From: Eledone cirrhosa
Lineage: Eukaryota
Reading direction: 5' to 3'
Assembly (NCBI GenBank): GCA_964016885.1
Contig: OZ024743.1
Location: 168,764,001-168,828,000 of the forward strand
Length of the DNA stretch: 64,000 nt
Part shown: positions 12,452-24,950 of the stretch, in pieces
Layout: each line of letters opens with the position of its first letter
Numbering within the stretch: position 1 is the first letter of the stretch
Program-made: the position numbers and the translations under genes
The notes under the pieces: generated by a model
The model's input: only the letters and a program-made list of their open reading frames with translations
Told to the model about the DNA's origin: nothing
Databases searched by the model: none

Positions 12452-13170
12452 GTTCTTTGAGTCTCAGTCATTGATGTTAGTTAACTGGAAAGTTTGTTGA
12501 AATGAATATCAAGCCACTACCTGCAGCCTCAGATATTCTGGACGTATCGCAGGGTTCTTGCTGTTCCCAGCAAGCATGCCTCTTTAAGCGTTCCAAAAAG
12601 CGTGAAGGAGCCAATTTTCTTTAACCATCCCTGGAAACTTTTTGAGATAGTCCCTAGTGCGCCTAATCGGGATCACTTTGACTTCATGGCAGTTCCAAAT
12701 CCTTTTTACCTCCCACTTTAAGTCCTGGTATCGGTTAATTTTCTCCCTCTCCTTCCCTTGCACTCTCGTGTCGAATGGGCAGGCCACATCCACAATCAGG
12801 CACGATCTTTTTTCTTTGTCCACAACCACCAGGCCAGGTCTATTGTGTTACAGTTTCTTGTCCGTCTATATCCTAAAATCCCACAGCACCTTCACCTGAT
12901 CGTTTTCTATCACCGACTCTGGCTTATGCTCATACCACTTCTCAGAATGTGGTAAATTGTTTACTTTGCATAGGTGCCAGTGGATCACCCTGCCCATCAC
13001 ATCATGTCTCCAGCCCTTATAGTGAGTCTGAGCTAGGTGTTTACACTCGGATACAATGTGAGCCACAGTCTCCTCTCTCTCTCCACAGATCCTGCTCAGT
13101 GGGCTAGCCTCCTCCTTGTAAATATGGCGTTTCAACCACTTCGTTTTGAGGGCCTGCTCCTGCGCAGCCA
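12452..13170 (-). mobile_element. Different R4-type LINE family, 3' fragment
   Basis: MAAQEQAL..RICGEREETVAHIVSEC..RHD..LWDF..IVDVACP..EKINRYQDL; bounded by (TTA)n. Confidence 0.85.
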
Positions 13171-13214
13171 TTATTATTATTATTATTATGATTATTATTA
13201 TTATTATTATTATT

Positions 13215-13355
13215 CTTAAAGTATCAATTCGAAACTTTTGTGAATAGGCATCATATCTTGTCATTTACCTATGTTTTAAATTTCATATAAATTGAAGGGA
13301 AAACATTTTCAGCGGGGGTTGGTGGCCCCCGGAGAACCCTGATAAGGGGGTTAAC
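13215..13355. repeat. Fragment of the Helitron-like repeat at 49726-50372
   Basis: aataggcatcatatcttgtcatttacctatg..aaatttcatataaa matches ~49975 and ~50130. Confidence 0.6.
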
Positions 13356-14321
13356 AGACAGCAGATGGATCGTCTGATCATGGGAGCACGTCTATTCCAC
13401 ACAAAGCGGAAGAGAAGGTGTCTATTTTGGTCAGAGATGGGCGGGGGCAAGGTACAACAGTCAGGCGGTAGCAGATGACGGTCGCGATGTACGCATTCGC
13501 CCCCGCACCTGACCTTTCAGAGATAGCCTCCTCTCGGCCCATTTCTGAGTGACCTCACTCCAATCTTTCTCCATCTGGAGGTCCGGACCGAATCAGACCC
13601 CGAGTAATTTAACCGGTCCTTCCGTCCAGCGACCCACGACGCTGTCGGATGCCATGGACTTGCCTCTCCAGGTGCCGAGTTTTCCTGGTTTATCTTTGTT
13701 CCTGTCACCACTTCGTATTCCTTGAGAGCGGTGCCGAGATTCTAGACGTGTTTGGTGATCGACACCACCAGTGTGACGTTGTCGGCGTCAGCTGGCGAGG
13801 ATATCCCGCATCCCAGTTCACGTGGGACGCCCCTCAACGTCTCTAATTTGTGCAGTAATGGCTCGAGGGTCAATACGTACAAAAGGGACGAGAGGAGACA
13901 ACCCTGGTGGACCGAGCGCATGATGCTGAACGGCTGTGAAAGGTGATCATTCGTCCTCACAATCGAGCAGATGTGGCTGTGTATCCCAGTGATCCAGCCC
14001 CTAAAAACGGGCCCAAAGTCGGCCGCTTCGAGTACCGCAAACCGGGTACCGATCTTCGACCCTATCAAATGCTATAGATTGATCCAAGTTGATCAAGACC
14101 CCACCCGTGCCAGGTTCCTTAACCACCCTCTCTATGGTGTATCGCATTAGATGGAGGTTGTCGTGGATGGATCTGACGGAATAGCGCATATCTGCGCCTC
14201 TCCCACTAGATAACCGACCACAAGCGCCAATCTTTTTGCTAACACCTTGGCGAAAATATTGAACTCTGCGTTTAGCAGAGTTATGGGCATGAAGTTGTCT
14301 ATAACGGCCCCCTTGTTCGGG

Positions 14322-14326
<5 letters not shown>
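13356..14326 (-). pseudogene. Tx1/L1-clade LINE reverse transcriptase fragment, frameshifted
   Basis: [56 protein letters not shown] and a degenerate ADD motif, spread over several frames. Confidence 0.85.
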
Positions 14327-14387
<61 letters not shown>

Positions 14388-14446
14388 AGGGTTGACGGAC
14401 CCAGCATAATTATCAATGCCAGTTCCTGTTGTATCTCAATCTATCT

Positions 14447-14490
<44 letters not shown>

Positions 14491-14496
<6 letters not shown>

Positions 14497-15032
14497 AATG
14501 ATTAATAAAACAGGTATAACATCATAAAAAGTTAATTTATTCCAAGTGTTTACCAATGTTTTTTTAGTAGTTACACAGCCTAGTCATGCTATATGCAAAT
14601 TGGTAGTTATTAATTTGCAGATACTCAATTTTCCAATGCTGCTCATATCACCAAATCTTCAGAACGAATGGCTGAATCATGGTTTCTTCATATTTCTTAA
14701 ATGGAGTAATTGGGGAAGATAGAGTAGAAAAGGAAGAGAGCGTTGAGTATCTGCAAATTAATAACTACCAATTTGCATATAGCATGACTGGGCTGTGTAA
14801 CTACTAAAGAAACATTTGTAAACACTTGGAATAAATTACCTTTTATTATGTCTACCTGTTTTTATCTATTCTTTATCTACACTCCGGAATATAGAAGAAT
14901 CGGAAACCAAGTGTCTTTAACTGTTCTTTTGTAACTCGTTGAGTAACCCATCACCATACGTCGACCCTATCTAGTGTAGTAATTAACCATTACTGCATTC
15001 AGGATAATCCTAAGCATTTCTTGCATAACCTA
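14491..15032. mobile_element. PLE-end fold-back with tail (right) and long-stem-II hammerhead
   Basis: 14491-14628 is inverted with 14743-14877; tail 14878-15032. Combining both arms gives gtt-CTGAAGA-tttggt...actaaa-GAAAC-attt-GTA-aac. (TA)n flanks. Confidence 0.7.
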
Positions 15033-15098
15033 ATATATATATATATAAAAGACGTAAAATAAGAAAATTATAGTAATTAACTTACTTACTTAAATTTC

Positions 15099-15180
15099 AC
15101 ACCAACTAATTAGTTTCTGAAAGGGGATATACATAGTCTTCAAATGGAGACCATGAAGAATCCTTTCTTCATCAGGGAGT
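15099..15180 (-). ncRNA. Type I hammerhead-like ribozyme
   Basis: cc-CTGATGA-agaaagg...cctttca-GAAAC-taatta-GTT-gg; palindromic stem III ACTAATTAGT; weak stem I. Confidence 0.65.
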
Positions 15181-15672
15181 CATTCTCGGCTAAGATTCCT
15201 GGCAATACGCGGACACAGGGAACTTATACAAAAATAATTCAGTGGATGCAAAAAAGCAAGCGCGGACTAATTTCCAAGACACTGAAAATTGCATATAATT
15301 GTTTATATAATTGTTCTACATCTCTTTGTATTGAACCACAAAGTTACTAAGACAAAACCTATATCTTTGCTAGCGTAAGTATACATCTGTATAAATATGT
15401 TGGTAAATATACTAATTCTTTATATATATATATATATATATTTACATTCATTTAAATTATTGATGTATTGTTTTATTGATATTTTTTATCTGTTTGTCCC
15501 GAATCTTCTATTATCGATTTTTTATCGTATGGTTGATTGTAGACTTGTTCTATATGTGACGGTATTTTAACGATAGTTATAGCTCTGATTCATCTGAATT
15601 ATTGAGCCCTCTGCCGCTCATTTTGAATTTTGTTTATCGTGAACTCGTGCGCCGATTTTTCGATACTCGATC

Positions 15673-15736
<64 letters not shown>

Positions 15737-15879
15737 GGAGAGAGCGGAAGAGAGAGGGAGAGAAAGAGAGAGAGAGAGACATATATATTCGTGTATATAT
15801 ATATATATATATATATTTATTTATATATATATGTGTGTGTGTAATATATATATATGTAATATATAAATATATGACTTTG

Positions 15880-16170
15880 TTGTTATGGTATTCGGCTTAA
15901 AATCGTAATGGTTGTGAATTCGATTCCCGTCAGCGCGTTATGTCCTTGAGCAAGCCACTTTATTCCACGTAGCTCCTGTCCAGCTACCAAAAATGAGTTG
16001 TACCTGTAGTTCGAATGGCCAGCCTTGTTACATTGTGTGTCACGCTGAACCTCCCTGAGAACTACGTTAAGGGTACGCGTGTCTGTGTAATGTTAAGTCC
16101 CTTGCACGTTAATTTCCTGGGCAGGATGTTCCGTTGATCGACTAGACTGCTACACCCATCGTCGTAACTG
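15880..16170 (+). mobile_element. tRNA-derived SINE (second family)
   Basis: B-box-like gaattcgattcccg followed by gtccttgagcaagccacttt; a related copy lies at ~60150-60610. Confidence 0.6.
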
Positions 16171-16227
16171 ACTGAACTTCTCAGTCAGACATATGTATAC
16201 ATATATATGTTTATGTATGTATTTATA

Positions 16228-16258
<31 letters not shown>

Positions 16259-16271
16259 TTATCTATATATA

Positions 16272-16334
<63 letters not shown>

Positions 16335-16363
16335 GAAAGGTATAGAAAATATTGTAGCAAAAA

Positions 16364-16403
<40 letters not shown>

Positions 16404-16526
16404 GGATTCTCTCGTCGCGAAGGACAAGTGACGATGGGTTCAACAAGGCCATTTTTTTCTTTTTTTTTCTTTTTTTTTCTTTTTTCTTTTTTTTCTTTTT
16501 TTTCTTTTTTTTCTTTTTTTTTAATA

Positions 16527-17985
16527 TAAGTTATTTACTTATATTAAATGTTATAAATGTTAAGAAAATAAAAGAAAGTTAAGATTATAAAAACCTTATA
16601 TTATTTAATAGTAAGTTATAATTTTATAAATTTTATAAATTTTATATATCGCATAAATCCACCTGTTATATTGTTGTGACTGTTATAATATAAGTTTGTT
16701 TAGCATAAACATTAAGAAACCCTTTATAACAGTGTATTCGAATTGTATATATATAGAGAGACATAGACACATGTACCCATACACAGATACATACACATAT
16801 ATATACACATATAGGTAGACATACATCATATATATATATAGAGAGAGATAAATATAAAGTACATAATATAAAATAAAAAACGAGTTATAATTTTTAAAGG
16901 ATTATAATTTTAAGAGGAATTACAATTTGGAAATATATTCATATAATTTTAAGCAATATAACATTAAAACAATATAATTTTAAAAAATATTTTAAGATAT
17001 CACTTTTAAAAAATGTACAAGAATATATATAAAAATTCAGTATAAAAATGAATTTTAAATTTTTTAATATAATATTTAACTCTCAGTATGCTTAACTTAA
17101 TTTTTCATAACCATACGAGAAATTTTCAAAGAAAGAGAAATTTTCAAAAAAAGAGAAATTTTCACAAAATAGGAGAAACTTTCAAAGAAAATATTTTCCA
17201 AAAATCTCCTTCATTTAAAAGCTTTCAGTATGTTTATCTAGAAAAATTTTCAAGGAAAAAATTTAATCATTTATCGATAGGTTCAATAGATTTAATTTTT
17301 CTAGATAAACCTACTGAAAGCTTTTAAATGAAGGAGATTTTATATATATTCTTGTAAAATTTAAAAAAAAAATTATATCTTAAAACATTTTTTTAAATTA
17401 TATTGTTTTAAAGTTATATTGCTTAAAATTATATGAATATATTTCCAAATTGTAATTCCTCTTAAAATTATAATCCTTTTAAAATTATAACTCATTTTTT
17501 ATTTTATATTATGTACTTTATATTTATCTATATATATATATGATGTATGTCTACCTATATGTGTATATATATGTGTATGTATCTGTGTATGGGTTGTATA
17601 TATGTATGGGTACATGTGTCTATGTCTATATATATATATACAATTCAAATACACTCTGTTATAAAGGGTTTCTTACGGTTTATGCTAAACAAACTTATAA
17701 CAGGTGGATTTATGAGATATATAAAATTTAGTCACAACTATATAACAGGTGGATTTATGAGATATATAAAATTTATAAAATTTATAAAGTTATAACTTAC
17801 TATTAAATAATATGCGGTTTTTATAATCTTAACTTTCCTTTATTATCTTAACATTTATAACATTTAATATAAGTAAATAACTTAATTTCCTTCACGCTGT
17901 ATTGCTATTACATAGAAATGATTTTTCTCCGATTTCTCCGAAAAATCTATGAACTTCCAGAAGTTTAGAAAAATATTTTTTCCCT
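16527..17985. repeat. Large AT-rich fold-back (~500 bp arms) with inner inverted repeat and right-side tail
   Basis: 16527-~17030 is inverted with ~17340-17884; 17203-17250 is inverted with 17294-17340. Confidence 0.85.
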
Positions 17986-18155
17986 ATATATATATATAGT
18001 GAAAAATTGAACAGGAACAAAACAGAGAGGCAGTACGAACAAAGGTTTATATATCTCTTTTACCTGTTTCAGCCATCCGGCTGAGGCCATGCTGGGGCAC
18101 CGCCCTTTGATATCCAATGCACAATCGATCCCATATCATCAGAGATGAAACATAA

Positions 18156-18270
18156 TCTCTGATGATATGGGATCGATTGTGCATTGGATATCGAATGCTC
18201 TACTAAATATATAATATTATAGATGTAGCGAGATCTAGGCAAATAGATGTCTATTGAAACGTACGTAAGA
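18156..18270 (+). ncRNA. Type I hammerhead-like ribozyme with long stem II, preceded by its own inverted copy
   Basis: tct-CTGATGA-...-GAAAC-gtac-GTA-aga; stem III palindrome ACGTACGT. 18109-18146 is the reverse complement of 18155-18192. Confidence 0.7.
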
Positions 18271-19023
18271 ACCGAATAAATCTCTTTTACTGCATCTTTC
18301 TGTTCTTTTTAATTCTTTATACACGCCCCGGAATATAGCTAAACTGGAATATACACCTTTTTTCTGCATTTCGTTGAGCACCACTCATATATATATGTGT
18401 GTGTGTGTATGTATATATATATGAATATATTCTTTTTAATAATATATAGATTTTTAATAATATATAGTTTTTAATAATATATAGATTTTAATAATATATA
18501 GATCTCAATGTTAATGTATAGATCTCAATAATTTAATTGATAATTTAATTGATAAACTAAACATTCAATCAAATTTAAACATTAGATAAAATTCTCCTAT
18601 TATTATTATTTATTTATTTTCTATTCACGCTCATTTACTCTGCCAAACTCATCAAATAAATATTTATTTTTTCGCTTCAGCTTAAAATTTACGTTAATAC
18701 AACAACCTATCACTTAGGGCTTTCTCTTTCTCTTTCTCTTTCTCTTTCTTTTTTCTCTAACTCTTCTCTTTCTTTTGTTTTCTTCTTTTCCTCTTAGAGT
18801 TTGCTCTTTCTTTTCTCTTTTTCTTTTCTTTCTCTTTTCCTTTTTTTCTTTTTTCATACTCCAACGGCCTATTTTAAATCTACTGTGATTTAAACATATC
18901 CGACACTAATTTGCATAATAGACTAAATAAATTTAATAACCCCACTATCCGGGAGCTTCGAACAGAAATGGTCGCATTCTTTAAGGGTATGTCAATATTT
19001 ATTTATAAAACTGATCTATATTA

Positions 19024-19088
19024 TATTTTATCTGATGAATGCGCACCATAATTTGACTTGGTGTCCTTGAAATATGTATAATGAAATA
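19024..19088 (+). ncRNA. Type I hammerhead ribozyme (PLE 3' UTR)
   Basis: tattttat-CTGATGA-atgcgcacca..tggtgtcctt-GAAA-tatgta-TA-atgaaata; 8-bp stem I. Downstream sequence shared with 26744. Confidence 0.75.
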
Positions 19089-19240
19089 AATATGGTTTTA
19101 TAAATATAGTTTCCATTTGTTAATATATCGTATTTTTACTCCAATAATTTATTGAGTGCTTTATATCAATTATAAAAATATTTGCTTGTTGTATCCCAAC
19201 AATTTAAATATAACTTCTACATATATATATATATATTTGT

Positions 19241-19338
<98 letters not shown>

Positions 19339-20154
19339 GTATGTATATGTGTATATATATGCGTGTATGTATATATATATATATGTATATTTGTTATATT
19401 ACTTGTCGCTTATTACTCATAAAAATATATCTTCTTGATACTTGAATATGACATAACTACTGAAACCATCTCTTTTAGTTCTCTAAATTTTATGTGACTT
19501 ATTTATATAATAGTTTATAGGTGAAAAGTAGATTGTTCTACATAAATAAGAAGTAACTTTTATATTGTTTGAATTTATTAATTTTATTTTTGATGAGTAT
19601 TTAAAATTATATTTAATGTTGGATTTATTAAAGATAATTTGTATAGGTGGGTGTGTGTACATATGTATACATATTTGTTACATATGTGTATATGTATATA
19701 TGTGTATATGTATTTATGTGTACAAGTGTGTTGTATTTATTTTTTCTGATGCACACACACATATGTGTAAGAGATGAATTTGCGTCAGATTTGTCCTCCC
19801 TTAACTTATTATTTCCCTTTGACAATAAGATAAATCGAACGTAACAATTGCCAAGATGGCGACTGATTTTTTTCATCACTTTTTATAAGCTTGATATTTC
19901 ATAGTATTTTAGGGTTTGTTGTATTTTCGGGTTTGCATGAGGTATAGTCTATATTTATCCTTTTTTGTGATATCATTATAAACATTTTAATTTACCCTGA
20001 CGATTCTAGATCGAGGCATATTTATAGGTGATTTCAGATCGAATTTAATTCTATTCTGTAAGCAAGCCTTGGGTTGTCTTATATAGTTGAAAGATTATGC
20101 AAGGAATAAATAATGTTGCTAAATGTTTTTGATTACCCATCATAATTTTCTAGG

Positions 20155-20255
20155 TGAACCTAGCTCGGATCTAGCTGTCGAAATATATATGAAAAGATTC
20201 AGGACCCCGACGGCTGAGCTCCGACCGTTTCGACAGCTAGATCCGGATGAAAGGC

Positions 20256-20294
<39 letters not shown>

Positions 20295-20470
20295 CAAATT
20301 TATACGGGAACAAAACAGAGAGGCAGTGGACCTAGCTCGGATCTAGCTGTCGAAACGGTCGGAGCTCAGCCGTCGGGGTCCTCAATCCGAGCTAGGTCCA
20401 CTGCCTCTCTGTTTTGTTCCCGTATATATTTGCACTATATATATATATATATAATTAGCCTTTCATCCGT
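20155..20470. repeat. Complex nested fold-back of a PLE-like end
   Basis: 20243-20342 is inverted with 20385-20469; 20209-20253 is inverted with ~20339-20382; related to the hairpin at 29556. Confidence 0.7.
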
Positions 20471-20864
20471 TCGAGGCTCTTTAAAATAATACCAACCTGC
20501 GGCCGACTCTCCCTCTGTATATTTTAATCACTGCCTCTCTATCACTCTTTCGTGTTCTTTCATTCTCTGGGAGTTATCGGTTGTATTCAGACCTAGAGAG
20601 GTAATGGTCTCAGTCACATTTTAAGTGTCCCAAAACGCCTTATGTCACTATCTCTTACCTACGACTCCACTGGGTGTTACAGGTCCAAAATAGAGAGAGT
20701 AATATAATTATACACTCCCTGAACGATAGGTGACAACGAGCATGGATCATGATGCGAAGTGCGCTTTTTACCCCCTTTTTTTCCTCATTTCCCCCACGGT
20801 TTCTTCCTATTCGTACTCTTTATCTTTCTATTTTATCTTTTATTTCTAACTCTTCTTCTGATAA

Positions 20865-21266
20865 AGGATTTGTGTCCGAAAATTAAGACTCTTTTCCTAC
20901 TATTTCAAGCTTTAAACTAATATATTTCTTCAATGTACTGTGCCGTTTGCTTTATTATTTCTGTTTACCTTTTACACACACATGCGCGTGTATGTATCTG
21001 TATACACTAACAGTAATTTGAAAAATAATACCTCTTTGGATGTTCAGAGGGAATCATAAAATGCATAACTTCTTGTGATATTTATTTTTTCTGAAAGAGG
21101 TATTATTTTTCAAATTACTGTTAGTGTATACAGACACATACACGCACATGTGTGTGTAAAAAGTAAACATAAATAAGAATGCAAACGGAACAGTACATTA
21201 TAGAAATATATTAGTTTAAAGCTTGAAATTGTAGGAAAAGAGTCTTAATTTTCGGACACAAATCCT
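20865..21266. repeat. Tail-to-tail inverted repeat (~170 bp arms) starting inside a hammerhead-like motif
   Basis: 20865-21037 is inverted with 21094-21266; CTGATAA-aggatttgtgtcc-GAAA-at-TA at 20858-20886. Confidence 0.8.
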
Positions 21267-21765
21267 GTACTGAAAGTATTATCTTGGGAGAGAACATGTT
21301 CCAAAACTATATACTCTCTTATAATACACTTGTCGTGTCTTCTACTTTGAGAAATATCAATCATTTTTATTAATATGCCAAGAAGTGAACGTACTATAGA
21401 ATGAATTCCATACACTGGTCCAGATGTAAGATACTGTTTCATTTTTCTTTGGGATTACATAGTTAGAATCATTGATAATGTATCAAAAGAAGATTGTAAG
21501 TAGCAAATTTTGTGAGCTCATCATATCTATAGAATGAAATCTTAGACTTTATCTACAATATCATTCTACTACGGTACGATTTCGGGATAATGTGTGCAAA
21601 GATTCGTGGAAATTTCTTAAACATAGTGTTGTGAAAAAACGAATTCTTTTGACAGTAACTTGGCCACAAAAAAATTATAGGAGGATTTCTTAAAAGCAAA
21701 AGCATTCTCTTCATAGGAGTGCAGACACACACACACACTAACAAACACACACACACACACACACA

Positions 21766-23149
21766 CTATCTTAGCATGTTGGTAGAGCACAGATGATTCT
21801 TTACTATCTTGGAGGTCTCGCCAGTGTTCATTTATTCGTTCCCCTATACTACGAGCTGTCTCACCTATGTACACTACATTTTAGAGAGACACATACAACA
21901 CTTCATCCACCGTATGCAGTTCTCTGGCTACAATCAGAGAGATAGAATCAGAGTGTATAAAGGAGCCAGAACCAAATGGGAAAAAATGGTAAATAATGAC
22001 ATAAATGGGACCTGCCCCTTGTATAGGAGCAAATTTTGGAATAGAATAGAAAGAACTAAGAACAAGGCCAATAGAATAAACTCATGGTATGATAGCAATA
22101 AATACCAGAGTGTAATGTTCATCAATACAACCCCTAGAGGCGAACTAGCCTACAAATTTAGAAGGGCCCTAAAGAAACATAATCTCAATATTAAGATAGT
22201 AGAAAGACCTGGTACCTCCGTAAAAACACTTATTAGCAAGACATACCCGTTCCAAAGACCCTCATGTATAGATAAGAAATGTATAACCTGTAAAATAAGC
22301 CGCCATATTAACTGTAAAACTAGAAATGTGGTATATAGCATAAGATGTACTGAAGGACAATGTAGAAACAAAAACGTAGTGTACATAGGTGAGACAGCTC
22401 GTAGTATAGGGGAACGAATAAATGAACACTGGCGAGACCTCCAAGATAGTAAAGAATCATCTGTGCTCTACCAACATGCTAAGATAGAACACAGGGGTAA
22501 ATTAGAGAGCATAGAAATAAAAATAGAATCCACACACAAGAAAGACGCAATGTTTAGGCAAATTACAGAGGCAGTAAGCATAAAAGAATTAAAACCAAAA
22601 TTAAATAGAAAATATGAGTGGAACAGCAACATCACAACTTACAATTAAGGACAAAATGAAAACACACACACACATAGAACAAACAACTTACAATTGAAAA
22701 CACACACAAAATGAAAACACACACAAGACAAAATGAAAACACACACACACATAGAACAAACAACCAACCAACAATAAATAAATAAATAAACAAACAAATA
22801 GAAAAATAGAAATAGAAAAATAGAAAAATGAACACAAACACACACAGACACCCGGATGTGGCGCATGCGCAAACTGAGCACGCAACCCACACACAAACAA
22901 AATGGCGTAGGATAGAAGAAAGGAAAGGCACAGAAACGAAGAAAGAAATCCCCAGTCACTGAAGAGGTCACAGAGTGTGTGACGAAAGAACTATGACTAT
23001 ATATATATAAACAACTATCTGGTTGTGGAACCAACCAACCAACCAGAAATTTATAAATTTGTAAATTTATAAATATTTAATAAATTAAATTGAAGTGAAA
23101 GCAACTGGTGCGTGTGTTTCTTATTGGCAACATGACCCTCCCAAAGTAT

Positions 23150-23155
<6 letters not shown>
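21766..23155 (+). mobile_element. 5'-truncated Penelope-like element (RT C-terminus plus GIY-YIG) with inverted 5' segment
   Basis: True coding ~21878-22648: HRMQFSGY, C.DKKC.TC, NVVYSIRC..VYIGETARSIGERINEH, RQITEAVSI..LNRKYEW. 21766-21877 is the reverse complement of 22376-22487. Confidence 0.9.
22954..22998 (+). ncRNA. Minimal type I hammerhead ribozyme in PLE 3' UTR
   Basis: agtca-CTGAAGA-g-gtcaca/tgtgac-GAAA-gaac-TA-tgact; perfect stems I and II. Confidence 0.85.
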
Positions 23156-23182
<27 letters not shown>

Positions 23183-23707
23183 CGTACATATATACACATA
23201 CATATATACATAAATATTTACATATATAAATATATACGTATATATAGATACATATATACATATATATACATACATATTTATATACATATATATAAACATA
23301 CATATATATATACATATATATATACATATATATATATATACATATATATTTACATATAAATACATATATATACATATATATATATACATACATATATACA
23401 TATATATACATATATATATATACATATATATACATACATATGTATACAAATATATGTACATACATATATACATATATATATATATACATATGTATGAAAA
23501 ATATATATACATACATATATATATACATCCCATATAAATATATATATACATATATACATATATATATCTATATATATACACATACATATATATATATACA
23601 TATATATACGTACATATATACACATACATATATACATATATATTTACATATATATATGTATAATTATATATACATACATATATACACATATATACATATA
23701 TATATCT

Positions 23708-24311
23708 TGGCTGCCAACTCGTTTTCGAGTACGGCCACTACTTTATATCCATGTAGGAGAACCCCTCCGGATGCGCTGAACGAGTGTGACCCCCTAGTCC
23801 AGCCAGCGACTGAAAACTCTGGCACAAACACCACACTTCTGACAACCACCGACACACAGTGCCGGGCCCATGGCACCACCCGACGACAAGCGCAGAGAGA
23901 TCTCCAGATATAAAGCAATGCCTGTGCCGTGAAGCTTTTATAGTGAGCAAAGGCACTGCACAAAGCCAGTCCCACTCTCTTAACCAAGATGATATGTACC
24001 AAAAAGAAGAACAAGTCAACATCATTGGATACCATCAGGGTTGCAGGTGTTATATCAGAGTTTTCCTTCTCCTAGAATTCTGCCTTGACAAAGGCTAAGG
24101 GGTCATCTCTCCCGGTGATTTTGGATGGCCATTGACTCTTAAGAGCTCCTTTGCCCTTTGACAGGTTTTGTTTTTAGTCCTGCAGGATGTCCAAAGTCAC
24201 CCTCCTCACCAAGAAACCTTGGTGGGGTTGCCAGTTTAGTCGCTAACGACCCGACCATCAGACAGGTTGAACTGTGATACATGTTACCAGTAGCACCAAC
24301 TGGTGACCTGA
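23708..24311 (-). mobile_element. ~600 bp non-coding dispersed element resembling RTE UTRs (most complete copy)
   Basis: Near-identical copies at 30250-30808 and 31013-31566, and a diverged copy at 27165-27663. Contains aaggcag..tctaggagaaggaaaactctga (recalled RTE 5' UTR motif) and a 3' terminal hairpin. Embedded in (TA/TACA)n. Confidence 0.75.
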
Positions 24312-24782
24312 CATATACATACATATATATATACATATATATAAACATACATATATATATACATATATATACATATATATATGTATTCATACATATATAC
24401 ATATATATTTCCATATAAATATATATATATACATATATATATATATACATATATAGATATACATATATATATATACATATATATACATACATATGTATAC
24501 ATACATATATATATATACATATATATACATACATATGTATACAATCATATATACATACATATATATATACATATATATATCCATACATATGTATAAAAAA
24601 TATATATACATATATATATACATCCTATATATATATACATATATATATGCATATATATAGATATATATTAATAAAAAGAATTCTAACTTTGTCTGATTTA
24701 CTCGTTTTATTTACAATCCTTTAACATTTATAATGGTATAAGAATGAAATAGTATGGCAGAATATTAAATGTTAAGTGTTAA

Positions 24783-24888
24783 TTGAAAAAGTACTTTCAT
24801 GCTTTCACAATCTTCAGGTTCATATTCTGTGGTGACAGTCAAGTTTGCGAAAATTGCAAAATTGACTGTCACCACAGAATATGAACCA
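24783..24888 (-). ncRNA. Degenerate hammerhead plus 5' snap-back hairpin
   Basis: Minus strand CTGAAGA-ttg..cat-GAAA-gtac-TT (palindrome AAGTACTT); hairpin 24817-24888. Confidence 0.5.
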
Positions 24889-24950
24889 CCTATTTGTTTA
24901 TGTGAATTTGTTTATGTAAAATACAAAATCAACTTCCTTCGTAACTCATA

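Noticed and set aside
16452-16522. (T7C)n tract as a terminator or processed-pseudogene tail
   Set aside because: Simple repeat with no identifiable parent sequence.
19991-20110. CTGACGA...GAAA possible hammerhead
   Set aside because: Stems I and III could not be paired convincingly.
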